A DNA stretch of 59,653 nucleotides, counting the filler, from Piptocephalis cylindrospora (lineage: Eukaryota): assembly GCA_003614145.1 (NCBI GenBank). It is 9 parts of 9 records of this genome, joined end to end, with 100 filler letters (N's around TTAATTAATTAA, not from the genome) between each part and the next. Parts side by side here need not be neighbours in the genome. Positions count along the whole stretch, not along the records: positions 19,974 to 26,518 come from KZ988276.1; positions 26,619 to 33,160 come from KZ988277.1; positions 33,261 to 39,795 come from KZ988278.1; 6 more parts are not named here. One strand, written 5' to 3'. Each line of letters begins with the position of its first letter. Positions within the stretch are counted from its first letter, which is position 1. Both the position numbers and the translations under genes were made by a program. Of this stretch, positions 22,127 to 34,748 are shown one piece after another. The notes beneath the pieces are model-generated. The model saw only the letters and a list, made by a program, of their open reading frames with translations, searched no databases and was not told the DNA's origin.

Positions 22127-23480
22127 ATGGTATTGGAAGCTACCATGATCCTGTAAGTGCCCATTCAGCATTTCATTCCATTGACATCCCATTCTATCTC
22201 ACCTACTCCCACTCACATCGCACCGCATCCCATCCTGCTTCTCAGAATGGACAACTCTCCTTGGATGCGCAACGGGGACTATACCCCAAGCAGGGTAGAG
22301 GCCCAGGGTGATGCCGTCAACATGCTCTTCTCCCACAAGATCAACGACAACCCTGAGTCTGCTGTAGGCCTCCTCACCACCACCAGTCCCTCTGGTTTCC
22401 CTGAGATCCTCGTGACCTTAACCAGAGATACGGGAAAGATCCTCAGCGGTCTTCACCGTACTCACCTGGCCTCTTCTGCCCCTGGCTCATCCCAGATCCA
22501 GACTCAGACTCAGGGAAGTACCACGGCCACCACAACCACCAAGGGTTTCATGGGCGGTCTTCAAGTGGCCTGGCTCTCCCTAAAGCACCGGCAGAATCGG
22601 AATCAACGGCAACGCATCGTTGCCTTTGTCGGATCCCCGATCGAGGAGGAGGAAAGGGCCTTGGTTCAGCTGGGGAAGCGTCTCAAAAAGAACTCTGTCT
22701 CTGTTGACATCATTTCCTTTGGCGAACATGAGGTCAACGAGTCAAAGCTTCAAGCCTTTCTTCATGCTGTGAACAATAACGATACGAGGTGGGTCTCGCC
22801 TTTAGGGATTGCCATATGTCTTTTAATGGCACACTCCTACTCACTCTCATCTCCCTACCCATAGCCATCTGGTCATTATCCCTCCAGGCCCTCATCTCCT
22901 CAGCGATAAGGTCAGGTCATCCACCGTGGTTAGGGGTGAGGAGGCCGATGAGAGTGGGATGGGCGGTGGTGAGGGTGGTGGCGAGGAGTTTGAATTTGGT
23001 GTCGATCCCAGCATCGATCCCGAATTGGCTCTGGCCCTGCGTATGTCCATGGAGGAAGAAAGGGCTAGGCAGGGGGCCTCTTCATCCTCCACGAAGGAGG
23101 AAGCAGGAGAAACTAAGGTGGCTGGGGATGGAGAAGGTGAGACCTCCTCTCTCCTCACCCAAACTGCCTCTTCTAACCAGGATATTGGAATGGGAGATGA
23201 GGCCTTGACCGAGGATGAACAAATTGCAAGGGCCATTGCCATGTCTATGGGAGAGGAAGAGCCCTCTGTAAGTTCCTAGGAGGCAATACTGGATCCTTCA
23301 AGTGAACTCACCTCCCTCACCCCTACCCACTAGGCTCAGAAAAATGATGATGATATGATGGACATCCTAGGTGGTCTTCCCGGGGTAGACACGGCCCAAC
23401 TGGAGAGGACATTGAAGGGAGAATCCAAGGAGGATGGCTCCTCGACCGACAAAGGCAAGAAGGATGGCGATAAGGAATAG
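22127..23480 (+). CDS. RPN10: 26S proteasome ubiquitin receptor Rpn10 (VWA + UIMs, 4 exons)
   Basis: 'MVLEATMI|DNSPWMRNGDYTPSR', 'LKHRQNRNQRQRIVAFVGSP', 'FGVDPSIDPELALALRMSMEEE', 'EDEQIARAIAMS', 'LPGVD'. Confidence 0.95.
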
Positions 23481-23662
23481 GGCTAAGCATGGTCTTGCGT
23501 AGATTGAGAAGTACTGAGGAGATGACGAATGGAGGGAAAGTGGAATACATCACATGGAGGAAAATCATTCAAGAAAAAAGACACATGATATTCCTAAAAG
23601 AAACATCCTCTCTCCCTCTCTCTTTCCATCAATGCGTATAGCATACATACTCCCAACGGATC

Positions 23663-24077
23663 TCAATCGCCATAATCAGGAATTTGCTCAAAATCATACC
23701 CCTCATACCCTTTCCACGCATAATACGCTAGGCGAACATGGTAAAAGCCCGGGATGAACATAAGGGAGCCAAGGACAATGAACGGTCTTCCCTTGGCTAC
23801 CCACTCTGCTTGGGTAATGTATCCTGCCAGGATAAGTGCTCCTATGATCAGGAGGGTGGAGCCTCCTAGGAATAGGAATGTCGCAAATCCAATGGCCTTC
23901 CAAGGAACTACACACCATAGAATCAGTCAGGAAGCATGAAGAGACGCCCTCAAACTCAGGGGGCTTACTAGGTCTGGAAGGACGTTGAAACTGAGCTGGG
24001 GAAAATTGGGATGACGTATCCCGAAAGCGGAAAAAATTGTGCTTGAACGGCCTTGTCAGCCGACCTCTTGGAGACAT
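23663..24077 (-). CDS. TMEM230: TMEM230 (TMEM230/134 family) two-TM protein (2 exons)
   Basis: After a GTAAGC..TGTAG intron: 'IPWKAIGFATFLFLGGSTLLIIGALILAGYI..FIVLGSLMFIPGFYHVRLAYYAWKGYEGYDFEQIPDYGD*', closely following animal TMEM230. Confidence 0.9.
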
Positions 24078-24304
24078 GCTAATGGTAGTGGAGAGATGGA
24101 GAGGAGGGGGTGGAGGGGGGAGAAAAGGAAGGTGAGAAGGTCTTACCACTCAAAGAAAAGGGACAAGTGTCTCTTGTGCATGGCTAACAACACTCATTCA
24201 CTCGTCCATGAAGACTCCGCTGGAACTCTATCCTGGAAGTGGAGCATCTGTCCTTCCTTCCCCCATCCCTTCCCCCATCCCTCCACGTATCCAAACAAGC
24301 TGCC

Positions 24305-25430
24305 ATGAACATGCAGGAGGGCTTGACGCCCGCTGAATCGGCCATTTGTGGTGGTTTTGCCGGTTTAGTCTCACGGTAAGTGTTCATATCATTCCTACAC
24401 CCATTCTCAGCCTAATCAATCCTCCTTTCCCTCGCCCCTATCCCAAATAGCATGGTGGTTGCTCCGTTAGACGTCGTGAAAATCCGTCTTCAGCTCCAAT
24501 CCTCCCACCATCCAGCTGCTCAGGCCCCACCTCGATATCATGGGGTCCTAAGGACCATTCAACTGATCGTTCGAGAGGAAGGATGGACGGTCAGTCTTTT
24601 GCCTCTGCCTCCATGCATTGTTCTTAATCAGTCTCATCCTATCCACCTTCCCCATCATAGGCTCTATGGAAGGGGAATCTCACGGCTCAGTACCTTTACC
24701 TTGCCTACGGTGCCGTTCAATTTTCCACATACCAAAAGATCCGAGCCTCGATCCTCCATGAACAGGTACATATCCATTACGTTTCCATTCTCATTTATAA
24801 GTCTGACTCAGCTCCTTCAATTAGTCCCCAGGTAAATCCTTGTCTCAGACAAGTGCATCCTTTCTTGCTGGATCCATATCAGGAGCCATTGCCACGAGCC
24901 TTTCCTACCCACTAGACCTCCTGAGGACCCGCCTCGCTTCTCAGGGAAGAGCAAAGGTCTATACTCGTCTCTACCCTTCCATCCGATCCATCCTCAAGAC
25001 TGAAGGGGTCTCAGGTCTCTACCGTGGACTCTTCCCCTCTCTCCTCCAAATATCCCCATACATGGGTCTTATGTTCGGATCCTACGACCTCTTTCGACGT
25101 CACATCGGCCCATACGCTGCCCCCCACCTTCCAGATCGATCCATCGATGCGGCTTGTGGCGCCGCTGCTGGCGTTCTCTCCAAGACCGGTGTATTTCCTC
25201 TGGACCTAGTCCGGAAACGTCTCCAGGTCCAGGGCCCCTCCCGAACTCGATACGCCGTTCATGGCATCCCAAGGTACGGTCGGTCCTGGACTCATGCTTT
25301 CCTCCACATCCTACGGTATGAAGGCCCCATTGGCCTCTACCGAGGCCTCTTCCCCTCCCTCATCAAAGCTGCTCCAGCTAGTGCTGCCACCTTTTGGGCT
25401 TTTGGATTGGCCAGATCATTTCTAGTTTGA
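24305..25430 (+). CDS. TPC1: Mitochondrial thiamine pyrophosphate carrier (SLC25A19-like, 4 exons)
   Basis: Three PxDxx[KR]xRLQ-type repeats (PLDVVKIRLQLQ, PLDLLRTRL, PLDLVRKRLQVQGP); 'LWKGNLTAQYLYLAYGAVQF'. Confidence 0.9.
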
Positions 25431-25562
25431 CATGCTTGGCGAGAGATGATGTGTGTGCATGTGTGTATTAAAGTACTTTTTTTTGTCTTTCTTTATTCTT
25501 GCTCCACTCTATTACTCCATCCTCCCGCTCCCTCACCCTCCCATTCCCATCCTCATCAAGGC

Positions 25563-26518
25563 CTAGGAAGATACCTTCTTCTTCTTGGCTTTTTCGATCG
25601 CCGCATTGGAGACGAGAAAAGCTAAGCCGGTCCGGAGTTCGGCCATACCATATCGAGTACAGAATTCCTTGGCCACAACCGAGGCCTCCTGGCCCTCCCG
25701 AAGGATCAGAGGTTGCCGACCATGATGCTTAGTCTCAATGTTCATCTTGACTAGGATTTCACCTCCTTCCTCCTCTTCCTTCTTGTCCTTTTTACTCTTC
25801 TTCGCCTTCTTGCTCTTCTTGGCAGCAGCGGCAGCAGCGGCTTCCTCCTCTTCCTTGGCCTTCTTCTTCTTCTCCTTCTTCTCCTTCTTCTTCCTCTTCC
25901 TTTCCTCCTCCTTGGCCACGGCTTCAGCCTCCTCCTTCTTCTTCTTCTCCTCCTTCCTCTTCTTTACCTTCTCCTCCTTACTGTAGAGGGGATTGGTCTT
26001 GCCCAGGGACGCCTTTAACGGGTTCCCATCAGTCCCGACCCTGGTCATATCCGGGACCGACCATTCCTCCCGGTCCTTCCACACCCTGGTGGAGGAAGTA
26101 GAGGGGAGGGATGGGGGAGGGATAGGGCCTGGAGTGCCAGACTCCCCTTCGCCAATGGCCCTGAAGCTCTGATAGGTGGAGGAGGCCGACGAGGAGGATC
26201 GACCATGACCATGGCTTGATCCGCCTTCCATTCCTGATCCTTCCTCCCCTTCAGTCAAACCACCAATAGCCTGGGCTTCGGCCTCGGCTTCCCTCTCGGC
26301 CTCCTCGGCCTCCCGAAGCCTTTGGGCCAAGATTTCCTTGAACCGAGCATCCTCTTCTCGGATTCTCCGCATCTCCTCCTCAAAGGCTCGAGCGTTTAAT
26401 TCGGCCTTTTCCGCCAACTCCCGCTGTTTTCTCTCCATGGACTCCCGACGCCTTCGCTCCCTCTCCTCCTCCTCTCTTCTTCTCACCTCATCTTTCTCCC
26501 TCCTCTCCTCCTCCCTCC
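25563..26518 (-). CDS. 3' part of a charged coiled-coil / low-complexity protein with a small C-terminal globular domain, partial
   Basis: Open frame from the gap to the stop at 25563; E/R and K/E-rich helices; ends 'ILVKMNIETKHHGRQPLILREGQEASVVAKEFCTRYGM..'. Confidence 0.7.
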
Positions 26519-26618
26519 NNNNNNNNNNNNNNNNNNNNNNNNNNNNNNNNNNNNNNNNNNNNTTAATTAATTAANNNNNNNNNNNNNNNNNNNNNNNNNN
26601 NNNNNNNNNNNNNNNNNN
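26519..26618. other. Artificial contig linker
   Basis: N44-TTAATTAATTAA-N44. Confidence 0.98.
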
Positions 26619-26916
26619 GGGGGAGGGCTGGTGAAGAGCCTGACTGTTGTGGGATTGGCCTTTCTTCAAGATGGCTTCTCTAAACTCGCTCTCACCAATT
26701 CTAGCACTGGAATCCCCGCGTAAAAAGTACTTCAAAACGCGCACATGAAAAATGAATTCATCATTGAAATATCACTCAATTTTAAAAGGCCGATCTCTTG
26801 GAAATTACCCACCACCACCACCATCCTTCATCCTTCTTCCCGATTCTTCCTGGATTCCCTTCACCCCCACACGCCCTCTTTCTCTTCTAGATCCCTCATC
26901 CAGCCTCCTTTCCTCG

Positions 26917-28958
26917 ATGACCGACCCATACCAACATCTTCAGTTCCCCGACGGACCCACCTCTGTCCAATACAATGAAAAGGAAAATCATGAAGATGGG
27001 GATGATTTTGATGACACCCTGCTGGATAGTACCGCCTGGGTCCCCCCTTCCAAGGTTCGCACTGACAACGACGCCTCCCAGGACGACCTGTACGCGGTTT
27101 TAGGAGTGTCGAAAAAGGCAAATACCGCAGAGATCCACGATGCCTACCGACACCTCTCTCGCACCTTCCACCCAGATAAGCATCCCAATATGACGGAGGC
27201 AGCCTCACGTCATTTTAAACAGATCCAGCACGCCGCTGATATCCTTTTGGACGAAAAATCCAGAGAAGTTTACGATACCTATGGTGAAGGTGGATTAGCC
27301 GCTGGGGTCTCTCTATCCAAATGGACGACCGCCGAGGCCTTTCGACGGGAGTTTGAACGCATGGCCCGGGAACGTCTGGAGGAGGATGTGGACAACCTGG
27401 TCAGATCCCGGGGTGAGGTGGAAATCCAGGTGGATACCTCCCTCCTCCTCGACCCTTACTCCTATGAACTCATCGAGGAGGAAGAGATGGAGGATGATAT
27501 GCCTCCCAAGGGCGTCCTGAGACGGATGGCTCGTCGGGGGCATATGACCCTGGAAAGAGTGTATAATGGGGCAGAAGTATTGCAAATGGCCTTAAAGCAC
27601 TCCTATGATATCCCGCTGGATGAGTCTTCCATCAATACACTTACCCTTGCTGGTCACTCCACCTCCAGGAATGGCATGGGTGATGCTAATGTCGAGGTGA
27701 CCTGGCGTCGTTCCGTCATACCCTTTCTCCCCTCTGCCACAGGTGAGCTGACTATGGCATGCATGACACCACGTTTCCTGCAAGGAAGACTGCAGTACTC
27801 TATCTCTGCCAATGCCTTTGCCAATGCCCACGTCAAGTGGGCTTCCCCATCCGCTCCCCCACCCTTGGCCGTCACCACAGGTCGTAGGCTAGGAAAGTAC
27901 TCTATGGGCCACATCTCCTACCGCACTGGATCCTACTCCCTGGGTCCGTGGGGTCGTGGGTCCCCACCCCGTCACTACTCGGCCCTGGGCATGGGCCTTC
28001 ACTATGGACCTCCGGGAAAGCAGAACAAGTACGCTGCTAATGTCCAAGTTTCCCCCGGGGAGTCCTTCCTCCATTCCGAGGTCACTCGTCCCCTTTCCCA
28101 TGGTGTCACTGCCCGTGCTGATCTTCGCTTCTCCAGCCATTCTCGTCTCACCACTTCCATTGGCACTGAGACTAAGCTAACAAAGCACTGGACTCTTTCA
28201 TGGAATGGGCAGTTGGCCATGGCCGGTGGAACCACTTTTACTCTTGGGTAATACTCTCATTTGTCTTTTTTTTCCTTTTCCATCAATGCGCTTACTTTTC
28301 CCCCCCTCACTTAATTAGGATCCAGAGACTGGGACAGGGTTTATCAATTCCTATCATCCTCTCTCCCGAGTTCTCCCCCCAACTCTTTCTTAAGGCCCTG
28401 ATGATTCCGTCTTTGCTCATGGAGGGTCTGGAACGATGGATTCTTGGGCCCCAAAGGAGGGAACGGAGGAGAATCCGAAGGGAAGAGAGACGGGAGGCGA
28501 TGAAGGAGAAGAGGCAAAAGGATCAGCAGGAGGCCCTCGAAGCTAGGGAGCTCCTCACGGGTATGGTCGAGAGGAAGCGCGTCCAAGAGAGCGAGCGACA
28601 CGGACTCGTTGTCCTTATGGCCGCTTATGGCCCTAAGCACACCCTGGAATCTTTCTTGGAATCCACCAAACGGGATGAATCTAAGACCAGAGAGCAACTC
28701 CCGACACTCTTTTCCCTCCCCGAGGATCTTACAGCCTCTGTCATCGATGCTACCCTTTCCCTTCAAGCCATGGTTCAAGAGAGCCGCCTCCTCCTTCCTG
28801 TCGGCCCCTCAAAGTCATCACTCCCAGGCCTCTACGACCCTTGTTACGGCGAGGCCAAGTCACTCCTTATCCTCTATGTTTTCCGCGGCCAATCCCACCT
28901 CATTCTCTCCCCTGACCGATCTTCTCTGATGTTGCCTCAGCGATCCCATCAGATCTAA
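26917..28958 (+). CDS. DNAJC11: DnaJ homolog subfamily C member 11 (J domain, beta-barrel, DUF3395; 2 exons)
   Basis: J domain with HPDK; 'R|IQRLGQGLSIPIILS'; C-terminal 'LPGLYDPCYGEAKSLLILYVFRGQSH..LPQRSH'. Confidence 0.92.
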
Positions 28959-29436
28959 AACCAAGTAATGTCGAACTGAAATGCACAATGATATTTAGAT
29001 GGTAGTTGGATTGGATGAGTGTTAATGCGGGAGACTGTCTCTTTGGGGATGGGTGATATTGAATAAGTGGTGGTGACTAGTATGCCTTTTACTGATGAAG
29101 GGTTGATGGGAGGCCTATATTAGCTTTGGAAAAATAGGATTTAGGGTATGAGATGAGATGCCTGTACCTGACTTCAGTTGCCCCCTCATCCTGCCTGGTG
29201 CTCACACATGAACTCAGGCGACCTGACGCGTCGTGGCCTTTCTGGTCTCATTCCAGGCCCCGACCAATTATGCCCCCACACTTGACTGAACAAGTCAACA
29301 CCGCCTCTACTCGTGGCGTAGTGTATGACGCCTTCTTCCTCACCATCCTTCTTCCTTGCCTTCCCCCTTCTTGAGCTGCCCTTCTTCTTCCATCCCCTCT
29401 CCATTTCTTCCTTGATCTAAAGCATCTGTGACTGAT

Positions 29437-32400
29437 ATGTACTACCAACCCAACTTCATACAGGTCATGGTGGAGCGCGTAAGTTCTCCCTTCATCTAGC
29501 ACATCATCTACCACCTTCCCACACGTCACTTAACCCTCCCTCCTCCCCTCCTCTTCCCCTAACAGTTATCAAGCCCGGATCCGGACGTGCGATTTATGGC
29601 AGCTACAGATCTGACAGGAGCGCTCAAGGACACCAAGGATTTTATCCTCCCCCCGACCGCTCATGGTATTGGCAACATTATTGAGCCTTTGGTTCTTCTT
29701 TTGGGTGACTCCAATGGGGATGTGCAATCCTTGGCCGTACGTTCTTTTGGCCCCCTAGCCTCCAGGAGCAACCAGACGCAGCGAAACGCCATTTTACAAG
29801 CTCTGTATGATGTTCTGGCCTCTCCTGTTGCCAATGGTCGCGACAATGCCATCCTCGCTCTAAAGGGCATTCTCAGTGCTCTTACCAAGGCCATTTCTAC
29901 CACCTCCACTCATACCACTTCTCTCCCAGCTCCCGCATCCGCCTTTACCTCGATGGATGCGAAGCAGGTGGTGGAGAAGCTGCTACCGCTGCTTATGACT
30001 GAAGTGGATAAGGCTGGCCAAGGCCACCAAGAGGTATGTCAGATTGGGCGGGGCAAGCGAGTTTTATAATACCACTCATTACTTCTACCCCCTACCTGCA
30101 TCTATTTCCTGTATTCCTAGGAAATGACTCCAGAAATGCTTGGAGGAATCCTGGACCTTACCTTTCACCTCCTCTCACCTCCCTTTACTCTTCCTTCCTC
30201 CACCCTCCCCATCTCTTCCACCGCCATTTACCCTATACTTCTCCCTCTCTTGACTCATTCCAGGCAATTGATTAGGAAAAAAACTGTCCTTGTTATGGGT
30301 AAGCTATTTTTGAACTTCTTACCCACATCCCCCGCCTCCATCCATAATCTTGATGCGGATGATAATCTTTCCCCATCATGTCACATCTTGTTACATTGCA
30401 TCTCATAACTCATTCACATCGAATATTAAATCTCTATAGGCGCCACCTCCTCTCTTCTTCCTTCCAAGGAATTCCTCCATCTTGTTGGTGTTACCCTGGA
30501 AAACATTGGTCAAGGAAAAGAAATCCCCACTAAGCCTGAAGATACTCGTACATGGGTTCAGCTCTCTGGGAACATGCTGTAAGTCGTATAGGAATGCGTT
30601 ACGTAGACGAAAAGCTAATCATTTTCCCAATACTCAATATGGCATGGGGGTGTAGGCCCCGGTGGCTACTCCTGATCAAGGCCAAGGCAAGCTCCAGTGG
30701 AACCACCGAGGCGCACCATTTCTTAGAGCAGTATACTCAGGCTCTTGAAGGACTAGTGGGTAGGATGATGCATCAAGGTGAACCTGAGGAGGATACGGAA
30801 AGATGGGACCAATTAAACGATCTTTCCGAGGCATGCCTACGTGTAAGTAGTAGACTAAGAAATTGAATTTCTTGGCAAACATCATCTCATTACCTCCTAC
30901 TCTCCAGGCAATGGAAGGATTGGCCCTGTCAGGATTGTACGAGCCCCCCATTGATTTACTCAGTACCACTCTTTCTTATGACCCTGGCTACCTTGGGGAC
31001 GAGGATGATGATGCTATGGGAACTGCGGGAGATGGCGACAGCTCAATGGACGGCGATGAAGAGGATGGGGAGGAGGATGACTGGGATGCGTAAGTGCTAT
31101 GTGTCGGGATGTACTTATTTGATGATCATATCTCCCTTCCTCCCTCAATTCTTTCTACTCACATATCTTCTCTCTCTTCTCTATTTAGTGAATATGATGC
31201 TCCAGAAGAAGAAGACGATACCTCTTGGAAAGTTCGTCGTATCTCCTTGGATGTCATTCGGGCTCTAGGGATTAAGAAGGCTGCAAGCGTTCCATCCCTT
31301 TTGAAGCTTCTACGGTGCCGTGTAGTTCGGGAGCGAGAAGAGACAGTGAAGGTTGGGGTCCTTGAGGTTATTTCATCCTTGCTTGAAACGTGCACAATCA
31401 AAGGGTTCACTGGCGAGGAGGGGATCGATCTGTCTTTACCCCCATCCTCTTCTATCCCTACTTCGATTACCACTGCAAGTCATGGTGGGGAGATAGGGGG
31501 AGGGGGGATTGATTCCACCGGTATGGACGGTCCATGGAAGAGACGGCGTCTCACTGCAGAAGATAAGGGGATAGAAATGGATGGAGGAGAAGGGGATGAA
31601 GGGATTTCCTCTCCTGATTCCCGACCACTTGGGATCCCACTCCTCTTGGATCTGTCCAAGCCCCTTTTAGTCCTTCTCAAGGTTACTACTAGATCAGATG
31701 ACCTTATGCGCGCGTCCCTCCTGGCCCTACGCAGCCTTTGCCTTTGCCTCTCTAGAGAGCAGGGGGAGAGTGATGAAAAGTTTGCCGTAGAGGGAATGGA
31801 GGGTATGAAGAAGACCTGCTCCTCTCTCCCATCCCTTTTCCTCCCCCTCCTTTCCTCCTCCTCCTCCTCCTCCTCCTCTACTTCAGGATCCATGAGTGAA
31901 AAAGGGGATACACATCGTCGTCTAGGCTATCTTACTACCTTAAAGGCTGTTCTGGACCTTCCTTCCTCCTTCTTGCCCTCCTCCTCCATTCCTACTGACC
32001 TTGTGAATGCGGTTTGCCATGCCACTAAAGATACATTTGACTGGGTGTCTGTCGAGGCCTTTCGTATTCTCTGTCGAGTGTTAGATCGATTTAACGAAGA
32101 CTCAGCAGGCAAAGGTGAAAGGGACGTGGAAAGGGAGCGCATGGCTGAAGTAGCCTTGGATGGGCTGGAGGGCGGGGGTGGAAGGGAACAAGAGAGGCTA
32201 CGCTGGTCTCTCCGCCTCCTTGGATCCCTCTCTAACGATCTTTCTTCCAGTCCGATACTGAGGACGCAAGTCATCCAAGGAATTGTCCAGATTGTGGAAG
32301 GATCTAAAGGAGAAGATGGAGTCGCCCTAGAAGGTATGCAAGCCCTTGACCGTGCTCTTTCCCCCCTGGATCCTTCCAGCACAACTGGGGCTGAAGAGAC

Positions 32401-33160
32401 CGATATGAGAATGAGGGCTGCCCATGCCATTCTTGGCAGGATTCAACGAGGACCTAGGGCTGTAAGGATTGGTGGCATGCAGGTGCTCCTTCATTCCTCT
32501 TCCACTTTCCTTCCCACCTTGCTAAGGGGGAGGCAGGCCAATGAGGTGGACGCTTGCTTGGTTCGGGCGATGGATCAGGGCAAGATCTCGGCCAAATCCA
32601 CCCGTGGTGGGGAATGGATGGATGTGGAGGAATCCATTCTGATCATCCGTATGTCCAAGCGGCTTGCTGATTTGGAGGATCCCACAGCCTCTGGGGGGCA
32701 AGACCTTACCGAGAATCAGAGAAGACTCCTTACCTCCTGCCGATCTCTGGAGGGACCAGGGGTCCTATCTGAGCTGGGTGAGCTGACAGGTCGACTTGCG
32801 GCTCATGGCAAGGGTCCATCTATCCTTCGGATCCTCTGGGATGATTTGGACTCCATGGATGAGTCCACTGAAGTTCTTGGAGCTTCTAGACTGGTATGTT
32901 TTTTATATATGGATAAACTCATTCTAGGGGGGTCTTTGTGTTTCGGATTTACCTGAATCATGTACCATTATCCTTTTCTGCTATTTAGGGATGCCAAGGA
33001 GTGGCTCTGTGTCTGGCCCATGCCCTTGTCCACGATCAAGGAAACGGGGGATGGAAATTTGTGCAAGAGAAGCTTCTTCCCTGCATTCAGGTGCGATTCT
33101 CTTTCTCTCGTTTCGATAGAAAAGAAGAGGTTAAGGGATGAGATGATTTTATTTGCTAAC
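29437..33160 (+). CDS. CAND1: Cullin-associated NEDD8-dissociated protein 1 (HEAT repeats), divergent, 3' truncated
   Basis: 'LSSPDPDVRFMAATDL', 'LLGDSNGDVQSLAVRSFGPL', 'LSYDPGY' + acidic tract + 'DDTSWKVRR', 'EREETVK'; many GT-AG introns. Confidence 0.85.
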
Positions 33161-33260
33161 NNNNNNNNNNNNNNNNNNNNNNNNNNNNNNNNNNNNNNNN
33201 NNNNTTAATTAATTAANNNNNNNNNNNNNNNNNNNNNNNNNNNNNNNNNNNNNNNNNNNN
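33161..33260. other. Artificial contig linker
   Basis: N44-TTAATTAATTAA-N44. Confidence 0.98.
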
Positions 33261-33917
33261 CTGTAGCATTATTTGCTTGGAATATTCCAATGAAATGCCG
33301 GTGTGTCCACAACAACTTCATCCTAGGATAGTAGCACTTGCCGTTGCATGGATCATTCATGAGTGTTTACGTACGGGCGATAGTACGATGGCTTGAGTCC
33401 TAACCACATCAACCCCAGACCCTATCTAGGAAGTTTGAATTGAGAAATATTATGAGGGCAGATCTCTAAATCATGTGGAGGAGATACTCTTTTCCCTAGC
33501 GACATATGTATGCTAGTGTAAAAACAAGAAGCCATAAGGGATCCATTCGTACTCTGGTAATGCGGAATATACGTTGCGTAATTCTTGGTGAGGTTATTTA
33601 GGCAAAATAGGGCTTGATTTGGATCCATATTAGTAATCTTGATTTGACAATGAAGGAGAGAGCTGGTCTTTTGGGTGCATTTCTCCATATGACAATAAGT
33701 TTTTCAATCACGACAAATGGAGGAGGGTGGAGAGTGGAGAGTGAGTACATTTTCTCATCTCTCTCTCCCAGCTTGTATGTAGGCTCAGGAGTCCGTGGGA
33801 TGACAACGATGGATTAAGATGTGTGCTTGAGGCGCCTTCTATGTGTGCTCCATCCCACAGTGCACCATCCACCTTCCTTCCCTGCTTCTATCCGCCTTAT
33901 CCCTATCTCCCACGGAC

Positions 33918-34515
33918 ATGTCCTCCCCCAACGGTAGGTCTTTTATCCCAACCCTCACTTACCTCTCTCGCTCACTTCATCCTACCTCACTTGGCCCTAG
34001 GAAAAGCCATTATCCTCAAGAACAAGGCAGGTGCACTCGCAGCCTACCCTCATGCTCGAGTAGTGGGGGGCCTTGTTTATCTCTCGGGCATCTCCAGTCG
34101 TCGACCGGACAATACGTATGAAGGGGCCGTGCAGAAAGATGATGGCCAGTGGGCCCTGGACATTGAGGCCCAGACACGTGCTGTACTCGAAAAGTAAGAC
34201 TATGAGTGGATGGGTGACCCATTCATGCCGCCATTGCTAGCCTAACTGTCAATCATTACTCCCTCCCATACCCCTTCTCTCAGTATTCGCGCTATCCTGG
34301 AGGAGGCAGGGTCATCCTTGGACCATTTGATTGACATCACTGTCTTCCTCGTGGACATGGATGTGTATGATGGGTTTAACGCCGTGTACAATACGTACTT
34401 TAAGGCTGACACCGGACCATCCCGTACGACCGTGGCCGTTAAGCAACTTCCTTGCAAGGCGCCTAATCGATTGCTGATTGAGATCAAGGGCATTGCTGCT
34501 GTGAAGCGCATTTGA
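33918..34515 (+). CDS. RidA/YjgF-superfamily deaminase, 2-aminomuconate deaminase (Rid1/NbaF-like) type (3 exons)
   Basis: 'YPHARVVGGLVYLSGISSRRPDNTYEG..LDIEAQTRAVLEN|IRAIL..FLVDMDVYDGFNAVYNTYF..GPSRTTVAVKQLP..LLIEIKGIA'. Confidence 0.85.
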
Positions 34516-34748
34516 GTACAAGGATGACTCTACTCTCTTGCATGTCACCGCTTGTGTCAAACAATGAATCCACCCATTCCACTTGCATGTCCTGATTTGC
34601 ATCGATCGATGAAAATATTCACTCCCTGTCTGCCACGACGAGATAATTGTTTCCTTGAATATTACGACTTGTGCCTAAAGATAAAATCACCTGTTCATTT
34701 CCACCCTCGACCCATATGCGTGCCAGGCCCTTGATGGCACATTGCTGC

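Noticed and set aside
15671..23480. Proteasome gene cluster (PUP1 and RPN10)
   Set aside because: The genes lie on different contigs; no PACE (GGTGGCAAA) element seen upstream of either
23703..24149. 148-aa ORF as given in the track
   Set aside because: Reads through an intron; the spliced product is TMEM230
33261..33700. Short minus-strand ORF at the start of contig 6
   Set aside because: No motif, interrupted by stops, no splice support
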